64,000 bases of DNA from Vicinamibacterales bacterium (GTDB lineage: Bacteria; Acidobacteriota; Vicinamibacteria; Vicinamibacterales; UBA2999). The notes under the pieces are model-generated. The model was not told where the DNA came from. It did no database searches and saw only the letters and a list, made by a program, of their open reading frames with translations. The translations under genes and the position numbers were made by a program. Of the stretch, positions 1-9,591 are shown in pieces; positions within the stretch are counted from its first letter, which is position 1, and every line of letters begins with the position of its first letter. The stretch spans positions 145,905-209,904 of the forward strand of contig JBFWVR010000002.1 of NCBI GenBank assembly GCA_050246635.1. Reading direction: 5' to 3'.

Positions 1-487
1 GTCGGCGCAGGCGGCGATGAGCTACGTGCGCTCGCGCTCCGAGGTCTTCGGGATCCCGAAGGACTTCAACCGCAAGCTCGACGTGCACGTGCACATCCCC
101 GAGGGCGCGATCCCGAAGGACGGGCCGTCGGCCGGCATCACGCTGGCCACCGCGTTGATCTCGGCGCTGACCGGCGTGCCCGCGCGGCGCGACGTCGCGA
201 TGACCGGCGAGATCACGCTGCGCGGCAAGGTGCTGCCGATTGGCGGCGTCAAGGAGAAGGTGCTGGCCGCGCATCGCGCCGGCATCACGAACCTCATCCT
301 GCCGAAGGACAACGAGAAGGACCTCGCGGACATCCCGAAGGCCGTCCTCGATGCCCTGAACCTGTACATGGTCACGGGCATGGATGAAGTGCTGAAGACC
401 GCCCTCGAGCGTCCGCTGACGCCTCTGCCGGCCTCGGCAGACGCGCCCGTGGAGGTCGATGACGCCCCCGACGCGATCACGCACTGA
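1..487 (+). CDS. lon: Lon protease, C-terminal S16 peptidase domain (5' end outside window)
   Basis: Frame open to window edge. [27 protein letters not shown] and [30 protein letters not shown] match the Lon catalytic Ser and Lys regions. Confidence 0.9.
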   Translation, partial: SAQAAMSYVRSRSEVFGIPKDFNRKLDVHVHIPEGAIPKDGPSAGITLATALISALTGVPARRDVAMTGEITLRGKVLPIGGVKEKVLAAHRAGITNLILPKDNEKDLADIPKAVLDALNLYMVTGMDEVLKTALERPLTPLPASADAPVEVDDAPDAITH

Positions 488-539
488 GCGTGGGGCCGGG
501 CCGGCGATGCCGCCGCCCGGGTCACGTCCGGGAGCCGGA

Positions 540-667
540 CCATCTGTGGCCGCGCCAACGAGTGCGCCCCGGCTGGCCGGATCGATAGCCGGGCCTCGCC
601 AGCCCTCTGTGCTATCCGTGCCATCTGTGGCCGCGCCAGCGTGCGCGCCCCGGGTGGCCCCGATCGA
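540..667. repeat. Two copies of a ~47-nt unit with 81-nt period
   Basis: 540-586 and 621-667 (CCATCTGTGGCCGCGCCA.CG.GTGCGC.CCCGG.TGGCC..GATCGA) align at roughly 85% by eye. Both start with the CATCTGTGG 9-mer also seen at 54337-54408. Copy 2 ends at the engB GTG. Confidence 0.8.
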
Positions 668-1339
668 GTGAAAGCATCTGCGGCCTTCGTCACGAGCGCG
701 GCCGACGCCGCCGGGTTGCCCCGCGAGGGCCTGCCCGAGCTGGCCATGGTCGGCCGCTCCAACGTCGGCAAGTCGAGCCTGATCAACGCGCTCGTCCGGC
801 AGAAGATCGCCCGGACCAGCGCGGAGCCCGGCAAGACGCGCCTCGTCAACTTCTTCCGTGTGACGGCCGGCGGCGGTCCGCCGTTCTTCCTGGTGGACCT
901 GCCGGGCTACGGCTACGCCCGCGGCGCGTCCGAGCAGGCGCGGCGGGGCCTGACGGGCGCGAAAGGACGGGCGGCGACGTCCCGGGCCTTCGAGGCGGCG
1001 ACGACCGCGTACTTCCGGGCGCGGACCGTGCCGGGCGCGGTGCCGGCGTCGGTGCTGCTGCTGGTGGACAGCCGGCACCCGGGACTGGAGGTCGATCGGG
1101 TGGCCTGGAGCTGGCTGGTCGACACGGGATTGGCGTGCCACGTGGTGGCGACGAAGGTGGACAAGCTGACGCGGGCCGAACGCCAGCGTCATCTCCGGGC
1201 CCTGGAAACGGCCCACGACGGCCCGGTCACGGCAGTGTCGGCCGCGACCGGGGAAGGATTGGATGAACTGTGGAGACTGATCGTCAGACTGCTCAGGCAG
1301 CCGCCGCCGGAAACGGCGCCGGCGCCACCGACCAGGTAA
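668..1339 (+). CDS. engB: Ribosome-biogenesis GTPase EngB/YsxC/YihA
   Basis: GTG at 668 gives [42 protein letters not shown], collinear with the YsxC N-terminus. G1 GRSNVGKS, G3 DLPGYG, G4 TKVDK. The ATG at 641 lies inside the upstream repeat. Confidence 0.85.
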   Translation: MKASAAFVTSAADAAGLPREGLPELAMVGRSNVGKSSLINALVRQKIARTSAEPGKTRLVNFFRVTAGGGPPFFLVDLPGYGYARGASEQARRGLTGAKGRAATSRAFEAATTAYFRARTVPGAVPASVLLLVDSRHPGLEVDRVAWSWLVDTGLACHVVATKVDKLTRAERQRHLRALETAHDGPVTAVSAATGEGLDELWRLIVRLLRQPPPETAPAPPTR

Positions 1340-2589
1340 CGCTCGACCTCACGACGCTCAAGGAGCTCGGGATCACGGCGCTCACGAAGATCGCCCGCGA
1401 CCTCGAGATCCCGGGCGCCACCGGGATGCGCAAGCAGGAGCTGATCTTCGAGATCCTGCGCGCGCACGCGGAGAAGGCCGGGCTCATCTTCTCGGAAGGC
1501 GTGCTCGAGGTGCTGCCCGACGGGTTCGGCTTCCTGCGGGCCCCCGACTACAACTACCTCGCCGGCCCCGACGACATCTACGTCTCGCCGTCCCAGATCC
1601 GCAAGTTCGACCTCCACACCGGCGACACCGTGTCGGGCCAGGTGCGGCCGCCCAAGGAAGGCGAGCGGTACTTCGCGCTGATCAAGGTGGAGGCGGTCAA
1701 CTTCGAGCCGCCGGCCCGCGGCAAGGAGCGGGTGTTCTTCGAGAACCTCACGCCGCTCTACCCGCAGGAGCGCGTGCGGCTCGAAGCCGACGCCGAGAAC
1801 CTGTCGACGCGCGTGCTCGACCTGATGACGCCGCTCGGCAAGGGCCAGCGTGGCCTGATCGTCGCGCCGCCGCGCACCGGCAAGACGATGCTGCTGCAGT
1901 CGATTGCCAACGCGATCACGACGAACCACCCGGAGGTGTACCTGATCGTGCTGCTCATCGACGAGCGGCCCGAGGAGGTCACCGACATGCAGCGGTCGGT
2001 GCAGGGCGAGGTGATCGCCTCGACGTTCGACGAGCCCGCGCAGCGTCACGTGCAGGTCGCCGAGATGGTGATCGAGAAGGCCAAGCGCCTCGTCGAGCAC
2101 AAGAAGGACGTCGTCATCCTGCTCGACTCGATCACGCGCCTGGCGCGCGCCTACAACACGATTGTGCCGGCGTCGGGTAAGGTGCTGTCGGGCGGCGTGG
2201 ACAGCAACGCGTTGCAGCGGCCGAAGCGGTTCTTCGGCGCCGCGCGCAACATCGAGCAGGGCGGATCGCTGACGATCGTCGCGACCGCGCTCATCGACAC
2301 CGGCTCGCGCATGGACGAGGTCATCTTCGAGGAATTCAAGGGCACCGGCAACATGGAGGTGCACCTGGACCGCAAGCTGGCCGACCGCCGCGTCTTCCCC
2401 GCCATCGACATCCAGAAGAGCGGCACCCGCAAGGAGGAGCTGCTGATCGCCAAGGAGGACCTGAACCGCGTCTACGTCCTCCGCCGCGTGCTCACGCCGC
2501 TCTCACCGGTCGAGGCGATGGAGCTCCTGCTGTCGAAGATGGGCAAGACGAAGTCGAACCAGGAATTCCTCGCCGCGATGCAGAAATAA
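1270..2589 (+). CDS. rho: Transcription termination factor Rho
   Basis: GTG start. Rho_N helix ([29 protein letters not shown]), cold-shock-like RNA-binding domain, Walker A PPRTGKT. Overlaps the engB 3' end by 70 nt, so the exact start is uncertain. Confidence 0.9.
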   Translation: METDRQTAQAAAAGNGAGATDQVTLDLTTLKELGITALTKIARDLEIPGATGMRKQELIFEILRAHAEKAGLIFSEGVLEVLPDGFGFLRAPDYNYLAGPDDIYVSPSQIRKFDLHTGDTVSGQVRPPKEGERYFALIKVEAVNFEPPARGKERVFFENLTPLYPQERVRLEADAENLSTRVLDLMTPLGKGQRGLIVAPPRTGKTMLLQSIANAITTNHPEVYLIVLLIDERPEEVTDMQRSVQGEVIASTFDEPAQRHVQVAEMVIEKAKRLVEHKKDVVILLDSITRLARAYNTIVPASGKVLSGGVDSNALQRPKRFFGAARNIEQGGSLTIVATALIDTGSRMDEVIFEEFKGTGNMEVHLDRKLADRRVFPAIDIQKSGTRKEELLIAKEDLNRVYVLRRVLTPLSPVEAMELLLSKMGKTKSNQEFLAAMQK

Positions 2590-2590
2590 G

Positions 2591-2617
2591 GCGAAGGTTC
2601 GAAGGGCACGAAGGCGG
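2591..2617. repeat. 9-mer tandem repeat, GCACGAAGG family, ~3 units
   Basis: GCGAAGGTT CGAAGGGCA CGAAGGCGG starts 2 nt after the rho stop. It shares the 15-mer CGAAGGGCACGAAGG with 37346-37393. Confidence 0.7.
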
Positions 2618-2660
2618 CCGGCCGGCTCGCCCGAAATCCGTCAATCCCTCCAGAAAAGAA

Positions 2661-2685
2661 GTGGGCGGCCGATCAGGCCGCCCAC
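2661..2685. terminator. Bidirectional hairpin between convergent rho and DinB-like genes
   Basis: Perfect 10-bp stem GTGGGCGGCC / GGCCGCCCAC with 5-nt loop GATCA, flanked by AAAAGAA on the left and TCCTTCTTC on the right. Confidence 0.65.
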
Positions 2686-2698
2686 CGCTGTCCTTCTT

Positions 2699-2726
2699 CA
2701 ATCTTCAATCTACAATCTGAAATCTA
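2699..2726. repeat. 7-mer tandem repeat CAATCTN x4
   Basis: CAATCTT CAATCTA CAATCTG AAATCTA. Overlaps the stop codon of the 2724-3281 gene. Related words (CAATCTTCGATCTGAAATC) recur at 41696-41715. Confidence 0.7.
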
Positions 2727-3281
2727 CAGTCCCGGCCGCCTCATCTGCTGCATGCGCTCCGTGGAGGGCGGGACCAGGCCCTTCAGGCGCATGTAGACGA
2801 CGCCGGTGCCGTACATCTCGTTGTCGTGGGAGATGTTGTCCGAGAGGATCGAGCCGCGCGCCTGCTGGTTGCGGCCCATCGTCATCAGCTCCCCGGCGTT
2901 GGCGTCGGTGAGCATCTTGTAGGCCTCGTCACAGAACGCGAAATGATCGGCGAGGGCCTTCACGATCTCGGCCTTCGTCGTGAGCTCCTCGAGGTTCTTG
3001 CCCTGGTTCGGGTTCGGGATGCCGCGGGCGGCCGAGCAGCGGTTGTAGGCGCTGTTGGCGGCGTGCCCCATCAGCTGGCCGAACGCGCGCACCTCGGGGG
3101 TCGGCTTGAAGCCGTAGTGCTCCTCCGGCATCTTCTCGGCCATCTCGGTGAGGTTGCGCTTGATGCCCTCGTAGCTGCGCTGGAGGCCGGCGGCAAGGCC
3201 CACTGACTGGGGGGCCGGCTGGGCGGCCACCATCGCCCCGGCAAACGCCAGGGCGGCAGCGAACGTGATCGTACGTTTCAT
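2724..3281 (-). CDS. Secreted DinB-superfamily protein
   Basis: ATG at 3281 preceded by AGGAGCG. Signal peptide MKRTITFAAALAFAGAMVAAQ. The C-terminal ISHDNEMYGTGVVYMRLKGLVPP resembles the last DinB helix (HxxxHxGQ..YLR..G). Confidence 0.6.
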   Translation of the reverse strand: MKRTITFAAALAFAGAMVAAQPAPQSVGLAAGLQRSYEGIKRNLTEMAEKMPEEHYGFKPTPEVRAFGQLMGHAANSAYNRCSAARGIPNPNQGKNLEELTTKAEIVKALADHFAFCDEAYKMLTDANAGELMTMGRNQQARGSILSDNISHDNEMYGTGVVYMRLKGLVPPSTERMQQMRRPGL

Positions 3282-3432
3282 CGGGACGCTCCTTCGGGCT
3301 CCACACGGTTCAGGTGGAGACGTCGGAATATAGCACTGACAGGGGCCCCGGGGGGTCAAACGTGCGCCCCCGCCACGGGCGCCCGGCCCCGGGGCGGTCG
3401 TCGCGGCGTGCTATAACTGGACAGATCAGCCC

Positions 3433-4380
3433 ATGACGAAAACGCGACCGAACACGCGCCGCCCGGCCCGCCGGCCGGCCTCGCACGCCGTGCCCGTCGG
3501 CATCACGCAGATGGCCTGCGGCGAGGATCCGAAGCAGAACCTCACGCGCCAGCTCGCGCTCGCCGAACGCGCCATGAAGGACGGCGCCCGCATCGTCTGC
3601 ACGCAGGAGCTGTTCCGGTCGCAGTACTTCTGCCAGGCCGAGGACCACCGCTTCTTCGCGCTGGCCGAGACCATCCCGGGCCCCTCCACCGACGCCTTTG
3701 CGAAGCTGGCGAAGAAGCACGGCGCGGCCGTGATCGTCTCGCTGTTCGAGCGGCGCGCCGCCGGGCTGTACCACAACACGGCGGCGGTCATCGACGCGGA
3801 CGGCGCGCTGCTCGGGGTGTACCGGAAGATGCACATCCCGGACGACCCGCTCTACTACGAGAAGTTCTACTTCACGCCGGGCGACACGGGCTTCCGCGCG
3901 TGGAAGACGCGCCACGCCACCATCGGCGTGCTGGTCTGCTGGGACCAGTGGTTCCCGGAGGGCGCGCGTGCGACCGCGCTGCAGGGCGCCGACATCCTCT
4001 TCTACCCGACAGCCATCGGCTGGCACCCGTCCGAGAAGCGGGAGTTCGGCAAGGCGCAGCACGAGGCGTGGGAGACGATCCAGCGGAGCCACGCCATCGC
4101 CAACGGGTGCTGGGTCTGCGCGCCCAACCGCATCGGGCACGAGATCGTGCGTGGCGCCGACGGCACGCCCGTGGACAAGGACGGCATCCAGTTCTGGGGC
4201 CAGTCGTTCGTCACGGCCCCCGACGGCCAGGTCGTCGCCCGCGCCTCCGTCGACCAGGAGCAGGTGCTGCTCGTGGACTGCGACCTCGACAAGGTGGAAA
4301 CCAGCCGCACGCACTGGCCCTTCCTGCGTGATCGACGCGTCGACGCGTACGACGCGCTGGGAAAACGCTTTTCCGACTGA
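3433..4380 (+). CDS. aguB: N-carbamoylputrescine amidase (carbon-nitrogen hydrolase family)
   Basis: CTQELF, YRKMHIPDDPLYYEKFYFTPGD, GVLVCWDQWFPE (catalytic Cys) and FYPTAIGW are typical of the family. Adjacent to agmatine deiminase. Confidence 0.85.
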   Translation: MTKTRPNTRRPARRPASHAVPVGITQMACGEDPKQNLTRQLALAERAMKDGARIVCTQELFRSQYFCQAEDHRFFALAETIPGPSTDAFAKLAKKHGAAVIVSLFERRAAGLYHNTAAVIDADGALLGVYRKMHIPDDPLYYEKFYFTPGDTGFRAWKTRHATIGVLVCWDQWFPEGARATALQGADILFYPTAIGWHPSEKREFGKAQHEAWETIQRSHAIANGCWVCAPNRIGHEIVRGADGTPVDKDGIQFWGQSFVTAPDGQVVARASVDQEQVLLVDCDLDKVETSRTHWPFLRDRRVDAYDALGKRFSD

Positions 4381-4404
4381 CCCGTCGCGGAGTTCCCGCG
4401 ACGT

Positions 4405-4431
4405 GCACACACTGAGGACACTGAACACACC
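4405..4431. repeat. 9-mer repeat, short inverted arm (ACACTGAGG ACACTGAAC ACACC)
   Basis: Reverse complement of the CAGTGTYTT units at 4552-4630. Lies 24 nt after the aguB stop. Confidence 0.75.
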
Positions 4432-4551
4432 AAGCGAGGGCTTGGCCACGGGGGTTCGGGCGGGCACTGGCGCGCGACCTCGCGAGACATCACGAGGTGT
4501 TCGACACCCGGCCAGTCAATTCCCGGGCCACGCCGCCAGCAATTCACCCCC

Positions 4552-4630
4552 GTGTCTTCAGTGTCTTCAGTGTCTTCAGTGTCTTCAGTGTGCTCAGTGT
4601 CTTCAGTGTGCTCAGTGTGCTCAGTGTTCC
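4552..4630. repeat. 9-mer tandem repeat GTGTSTTCA, 8 full units plus a partial
   Basis: GTGTCTTCA x4, then GTGTGCTCA/GTGTCTTCA alternating. Ends 32 nt before the aguA ATG. Confidence 0.9.
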
Positions 4631-4662
4631 CGGAGAGCAGGCCCCTTCCCTGAGTCCCGACC

Positions 4663-5733
4663 ATGCCCAAACGCCCCCGCATCCTCAAAGGCACCCCGGC
4701 CTCCCACGGCTACACCTTCCCCGCCGAGTGGGAACGTCATGCCGGCACGTGGATCAGCTGGCCGCGGCCTGAAGGCATCTCCTTCCCGGACCGGTACCAC
4801 GAGTCGATCGAGGACGTCATCGGTGTGATCGACGCCATTTCGCGGTTCGAGCCGGTGCACCTCAACGTCCCGAACGCCAACTACGAGCGGATCGTCCGCG
4901 ACGTGCTCGACGTGCGTGGCGTGCCGCTTCGCCGCATCCGGTTCCATCACATCGCGACCAACGAGTGCTGGACGCGCGATCACGGCCCGGCGTTCGTCGT
5001 GCGCACCCGCCGGGGCCGCCGCGAGAAAGCCGTCGTCGACTGGGGGTACAACGCGTGGGGCGGCAAGTACCCCCCGTTCGATGCCGATGACGCGGTGCCG
5101 ACGCGCGTGGCCGGGGAGCGTGGCCTGCCGCTCTTCCTGCCGGGCATCGTGATGGAGGGCGGCGCCGTCGACATGAACGGCGCGGGCACCGTGCTGACGA
5201 CGAGCTCCTGCCTGCTCAACAAGAACCGCAACCCGCACCTGAAGAAGGCCGAGGTCGAGGAATACCTGCGCGCCTACTACGGCCAGCGCCACGTGGTGTG
5301 GCTGGGCGACGGCATCGCCGGCGACGACACCGATGGCCACGTCGACGACCTGGCCCGTTTCGTCAGCGAACGGGTGATCGTCACCGGCGTCGAGCCCGAC
5401 CCGCGGGACGCGAACTACGTCGTGCTGCGTGACAATCGCCGGCGGCTCGACCGCGTGCGCGACGCCGACGGGCGCCCCTTCGAGGTGGTCGAGCTCCCGA
5501 TGCCCCGCCCCGTCGTCCACAAGGGCGACCGGCTGCCGGCCACCTACGTGAACTTCCTGTTCGTCAATGGTGGCCTGCTCGTGCCGACGTTCGGCCAGGC
5601 CTCGCGGGACCGCAAGGCGCTCGCGATCCTCCAGCGCCTGCTGCCGGATCGTGAGGTCGTCGGGGTGCCGTGCCGCGCGCTCATCTGGGGGCTCGGCGCG
5701 ATTCACTGCCTGACGCAGCAGGAGCCGGCCTGA
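4663..5733 (+). CDS. aguA: Agmatine deiminase (PAD_porph family)
   Basis: GYTFPAEWERHAGTWISWP, CWTRDHGP and C-terminal GGAIHCLTQQEP (catalytic Cys). Confidence 0.9.
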   Translation: MPKRPRILKGTPASHGYTFPAEWERHAGTWISWPRPEGISFPDRYHESIEDVIGVIDAISRFEPVHLNVPNANYERIVRDVLDVRGVPLRRIRFHHIATNECWTRDHGPAFVVRTRRGRREKAVVDWGYNAWGGKYPPFDADDAVPTRVAGERGLPLFLPGIVMEGGAVDMNGAGTVLTTSSCLLNKNRNPHLKKAEVEEYLRAYYGQRHVVWLGDGIAGDDTDGHVDDLARFVSERVIVTGVEPDPRDANYVVLRDNRRRLDRVRDADGRPFEVVELPMPRPVVHKGDRLPATYVNFLFVNGGLLVPTFGQASRDRKALAILQRLLPDREVVGVPCRALIWGLGAIHCLTQQEPA

Positions 5734-6652
5734 TCACGCCGTCGGCCGCCTCCGGGCCGGCCGGTTCGGGATCGGCGCCCACCAGCCCGGCCAGCGCGAT
5801 GGCATCCGCCGGCGCGTGGGCGTCGATATCGTTGTCGAAGTAGACGTAGACGTCGCGGTGCGCCCGGCGTGGCGGCTTCAGGTCGGTGATCCGCCTGGCG
5901 TCGGCCGGCTCACGCCCTTCACGCCAGCGCCGGATCCGGTCCGCCCACCACGCGAGCGCATCACCGTCGTATTTGCTGGCGTAGGTCTGCTCGTGCCCAT
6001 GCAGCCGGATGTACACGAAGTCGGCGGTGACCTCTTCAACCGCGGGCCAGCCAGCCGCGTCGGAGGTGATGATCGCGACGCCGAACCGGCGCGCCAGGCG
6101 GACGAACGACTCGGTGAAGAAGCTCTCGTGACGCACCTCGATGGCGTGCCGGATGCGGGCGGCCGCCACGGGCGTGATTCGGCTCCGCCCCGTCAGCCGC
6201 TCATCGTGCCGGCGGGCCAGCGCCGACGCGGCGGCAGTGTCTTGTGGCAGCAGCTCGAAGAAGCGCTCCATGCGACCGGCGTCGTAGCGCGCGGACGCCG
6301 GGAGCTGCCAGAAGATGGGCCCGAGCTTGCGTCCCAGGAGCAGCACGCCCGACGCGAAGAAGTTTGCCAGCGGCGTCTCGATGTCGCGAAGCTTCTTGTC
6401 GTGCGTGATGAAGCGGCCCCCCTTCACCGCATACACGAAACGCGAGGGCGCCTCGTCGTGCCATGCGCGGTAGTGTTCGGGGCGCTTGAGGGAATAGAAC
6501 GTCCCGTTCAGCTCGATGGAGTTGAAGCGCCGCGCCGCATAGGCCAGCTGCCGCGTGCGGGGCAGGCCGTCCGGATAGAAGCGCCCGCGCCATTCGTCGT
6601 AGGTCCAGCCGGAGATCCCGATCCACGTGCGTGTGCGGCTGGAGGCGCTCAT
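5681..6652 (-). CDS. DUF72 (YecE-like) protein
   Basis: MSASSRTRTWIGISGWTYDEWRGRFYP...FNSIELNGTFYS...FVYAVKGGRFITH is the DUF72 signature. The ATG at 6652 overlaps the upstream stop (ATGA). The 3' end overlaps aguA by 53 nt in convergent orientation. Confidence 0.8.
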   Translation of the reverse strand: MSASSRTRTWIGISGWTYDEWRGRFYPDGLPRTRQLAYAARRFNSIELNGTFYSLKRPEHYRAWHDEAPSRFVYAVKGGRFITHDKKLRDIETPLANFFASGVLLLGRKLGPIFWQLPASARYDAGRMERFFELLPQDTAAASALARRHDERLTGRSRITPVAAARIRHAIEVRHESFFTESFVRLARRFGVAIITSDAAGWPAVEEVTADFVYIRLHGHEQTYASKYDGDALAWWADRIRRWREGREPADARRITDLKPPRRAHRDVYVYFDNDIDAHAPADAIALAGLVGADPEPAGPEAADGVIRPAPAASGSESRRAPR

Positions 6653-7569
6653 CGCTCGACGCTCTCCGCTCCGCGCCACCTCTCGGCCCGCCGCAGGGCC
6701 GCCGCCGCGGAGCGGGCGTGGCGGGCGATGTCGCCCCACGGATCATCACGGCCGGCCAGGCGACGCCGGATATTGCGCAGCGTGTACTTGCGCGGGCGCA
6801 GGCGCGCGGTGACCTCGTCCCACGCCAGCGGCGTCGCGATCGGCGCCTCAGGCAGCGCTCGCACCGAGTATGGCGCGACCGCGTGCTGCCCGTAGCCGTT
6901 ACGGAGATAGTCGACGAAGACGCGCGGTCCGCGCGTGTTCTTGCGCTGCTCCACCGTGAAGTGCGCGGGATCGTCCTCCGCGATGGCGTGGGCCAGCAGC
7001 GACGCCAGCGCGCGCACCGTGTCGGTGTCGGCCCGGCGGTCGAGGGGGGCGACGACGTGCAATCCCCGGGATCCGGTGGTCATCACGTACGGCCTGAGGC
7101 CCACGGCGGCCAGCCGCTCGCGTGCGGCCGCAGCCGCGGCGCGTACGGGGCCGAAGTCGTCCGTGGACGGGTCGAGGTCGAGGATGAGCCGGTCCGGGTG
7201 TCTCGGCTTGTCCGCCCGTCCCGGCCAGACATGGAGCTCGATCGCGCCCTGGTTTGCCAGGTACACGAGCGTCTCCGGCCGCGACACCACCACCTCACGC
7301 AGGTGACCACCAGCCTTCTCGACTTCGACGGTTTCGATCCAGCCGGGGAAATAGGGCGGCACGTCCTTCTGGTAGAAGTGGCGTCCCGTGATGCCATCGG
7401 GAAAGCGGCGCATGGCGACGATGCGACCCCGGACATGCGGCAACATGACGGGCGCGATCCGCTGGTAGTAGGCCACCAGATCGCCCTTCGTGAGCCCGGC
7501 ATCCGGGAAGAACACCTTGTCCGGGTTCGATACCTCGAACGACAAATCTGTGGCACGGGCTGCCCGCAT
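6649..7569 (-). CDS. Stand-alone LigD polymerase/primase domain (NHEJ polymerase)
   Basis: NPDKVFFPDAGLTKGDLVAYY, LVYLANQGAIELHVW, LILDLDP and TTGSRGLHVVAPL match LigD-Pol. ATG at 7569 is preceded by GGGGAAGGGGAGCG. No ligase or Ku gene adjacent. Confidence 0.85.
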   Translation of the reverse strand: MRAARATDLSFEVSNPDKVFFPDAGLTKGDLVAYYQRIAPVMLPHVRGRIVAMRRFPDGITGRHFYQKDVPPYFPGWIETVEVEKAGGHLREVVVSRPETLVYLANQGAIELHVWPGRADKPRHPDRLILDLDPSTDDFGPVRAAAAAARERLAAVGLRPYVMTTGSRGLHVVAPLDRRADTDTVRALASLLAHAIAEDDPAHFTVEQRKNTRGPRVFVDYLRNGYGQHAVAPYSVRALPEAPIATPLAWDEVTARLRPRKYTLRNIRRRLAGRDDPWGDIARHARSAAAALRRAERWRGAESVER

Positions 7570-7735
7570 CGCTCCCCTTCCCCTGTGGCTAGCTGGACGA
7601 CATTTCAATCCCCGTGCCGATCCGCGAGCCGCGGCGAAGCAGGGCAGCGAAGTGGGCCTACGGGGGCGGACGCGAGGGCCTGTCACGCCGTAGCCCACCA
7701 GCGCAAGGGCCGGCGAAGGCGGGTAAGATTCCCTT

Positions 7736-9205
7736 GTGTCCCGCTCACTGAGGATTGCGGCCGGACAGGCCCTGTCACGCGCCGCCGGCGCGCCGCTCGT
7801 CGCCGGCAACGCCGTCGAGCTGCTGCGGGACGCGGCCGAGAACTACCCCGCCTGGCTCGAGGCCATCCGCGGCGCGAAACGCTGGATTCACTTCGAGAGC
7901 TACATCATCCACGACGATGCGTCGGGCAGACGCTTTGCCGACGCGTTGATCGAGCGCGCCAGGGCCGGGGTGCAGGTCAGGGTGATGTACGACTGGCTGG
8001 GCGGCCTGGGCTCGGCCTGGCCGCGGTTCTGGCGGAGGCTGGCGGCCGGCGGGGTCAACGTACGGGTCTTCAACCCGCCCAGTCTTCGCTCGCCCCTCAG
8101 CTGGCTGTCCCGTGACCACCGCAAGATGCTCGCCGTGGATGGCGAGGTGGCCTTCGTCACGGGCCTGTGCGTCGGCGACTGCTGGGTCGGCAACCCCGAG
8201 CGCGGCATCGACCCCTGGCGCGACACGGGGGTGTCGCTGCGGGGGCCTGCGGTGGCGGATGTCGAGGCCGCCTTCGCGGAGATCTGGGGCCACGCGGGCC
8301 CACCATTGCCCCCGGAGGAGCTGGTCGATGGCGCCGCCATCCCCGCGGCCGGCGACATCGCCCTGCGCGTCATCGCCACCGAGCCCTCCACCGCCAGCGT
8401 GTTCCGCCTCGACCAGCTGATTGCGGCGGTCGCGCGCGAGCGCCTCTGGATCACCGACGCGTACTTCGTCGGCGTCTCCGCGTACGTCCAGGCGCTGATC
8501 GCGGCGGCGCGTGACGGCGTGGACGTCCGCCTGCTCGTCCCCGGCGGCAGCGACCTCGCGTTCGTCCAGCCGCTGAGCCGCGCCGGGTATCGCGCCCTCC
8601 TGGCGAACGGCATCCGCGTGTTCGAGTGGAACGGCCCGATGGTGCACGCCAAGACCGCAGTCGCCGATGGCCGGTGGGCGCGCGTGGGCTCGACCAACCT
8701 GAACGTCCAGAGCTGGCTCGGCAACTGGGAGCTCGACGTCGCAATCGAGGACGAGGGGTTCGCCCACCGCATGGAGGCGATGTACGAGCAGGACCTCGAG
8801 CACGCGACCGAGGTCATCCTCGAGGCGCGCCGCGTGCGACGGGTGGGGCCCGAGCCGCCGAAGCGGCGCCGCGGCAAACGGATCGGGCGCGGCAGCGGCA
8901 GTGCCAGCCGCGCGGCCGCCGGCGCCTTGCGGCTCGGCAACACCTTCGGCGCGGCGTTGACCTCCCGCCGCCAGCTCGGGGCGGCGGAGTCCTGGACGCT
9001 GCTCTACGGGGCGCTGCTCACGCTGGCGCTCGGCGGCATCGCCATCAAGTGGCCGAAGGGGCTGGCGTGGCCGATTGGCGTCCTGCTGCTCTGGATGGGG
9101 GGCACGTGGCTCTACGATGCCTGGCGCCTGTGGCGGGCCGGACGGCAGGCGGCCGCGTCGAAATCCCCCGACGACGGGGACCATCAAACCGTTGATTTGA
9201 AGTAA
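7736..9205 (+). CDS. Phospholipase D family protein, cardiolipin-synthase-like, C-terminal TM helices
   Basis: Two HKD motifs ([16 protein letters not shown] and [19 protein letters not shown]). C-terminal hydrophobic helices [18 protein letters not shown] and [18 protein letters not shown] start. Confidence 0.8.
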   Translation: MSRSLRIAAGQALSRAAGAPLVAGNAVELLRDAAENYPAWLEAIRGAKRWIHFESYIIHDDASGRRFADALIERARAGVQVRVMYDWLGGLGSAWPRFWRRLAAGGVNVRVFNPPSLRSPLSWLSRDHRKMLAVDGEVAFVTGLCVGDCWVGNPERGIDPWRDTGVSLRGPAVADVEAAFAEIWGHAGPPLPPEELVDGAAIPAAGDIALRVIATEPSTASVFRLDQLIAAVARERLWITDAYFVGVSAYVQALIAAARDGVDVRLLVPGGSDLAFVQPLSRAGYRALLANGIRVFEWNGPMVHAKTAVADGRWARVGSTNLNVQSWLGNWELDVAIEDEGFAHRMEAMYEQDLEHATEVILEARRVRRVGPEPPKRRRGKRIGRGSGSASRAAAGALRLGNTFGAALTSRRQLGAAESWTLLYGALLTLALGGIAIKWPKGLAWPIGVLLLWMGGTWLYDAWRLWRAGRQAAASKSPDDGDHQTVDLK

Positions 9206-9242
9206 CTTACGGTCATGGCATGGGCCTTGGGCGGCCTCACCG

Positions 9243-9251
9243 TGGTATACT
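9243..9251 (+). promoter_or_regulatory. Candidate extended -10 promoter (TGGTATACT) for rpmE
   Basis: TG-n-TATACT lies 62 nt upstream of the rpmE start in otherwise GC-rich sequence. No convincing -35. Confidence 0.3.
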
Positions 9252-9312
9252 GACTGCTTGCCGTCCACGCCGGAAAGTGGCACTGACGCCCGGATCCGGC
9301 TTAGGAGTGAAC

Positions 9313-9591
9313 GTGAAGCCAGATATCCATCCCGAATACCAGCAGGTCACGGTCCACTGCGCCTGCGGCGCCAGCTGGACGACGGGGTCCACCCAGAAGG
9401 ACCTGCACCTCGAGATTTGCTCCGAGTGCCACCCGTTCTTCACGGGCCGGCAGAAGCTGATCGACACCGAGGGCCGCGTCGAGCGCTTCACCAAGAAGTA
9501 CGGCGCCCAGTCGGTCGAGAAGCGCAAGGAAACGGAGAAGGCCAACAAGGCCGCCAAGGCGAAGAAGGCCGGGAAGGCCACCGCCTCCTAA
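9313..9591 (+). CDS. rpmE: 50S ribosomal protein L31 (Zn-ribbon type) with Lys/Ala-rich tail
   Basis: GTG preceded by [26 protein letters not shown]...[29 protein letters not shown]. Tail [24 protein letters not shown]. Confidence 0.9.
   Translation: MKPDIHPEYQQVTVHCACGASWTTGSTQKDLHLEICSECHPFFTGRQKLIDTEGRVERFTKKYGAQSVEKRKETEKANKAAKAKKAGKATAS

Noticed and set aside
7736-9205. PLD-family protein as a Nuc-like nuclease or defence effector next to LigD-Pol
   Set aside because: Its two full HKD motifs, size and C-terminal TM helices fit cardiolipin/phospholipid synthase-like enzymes. It is divergently transcribed from the LigD-Pol gene.
9588-9591. Convergent 3'-end overlap of rpmE and the exonuclease gene (TAA/TAG overlapping, no terminator)
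   Set aside because: This is probably just genome compaction. There is no structure or motif to support a regulatory antisense interaction.
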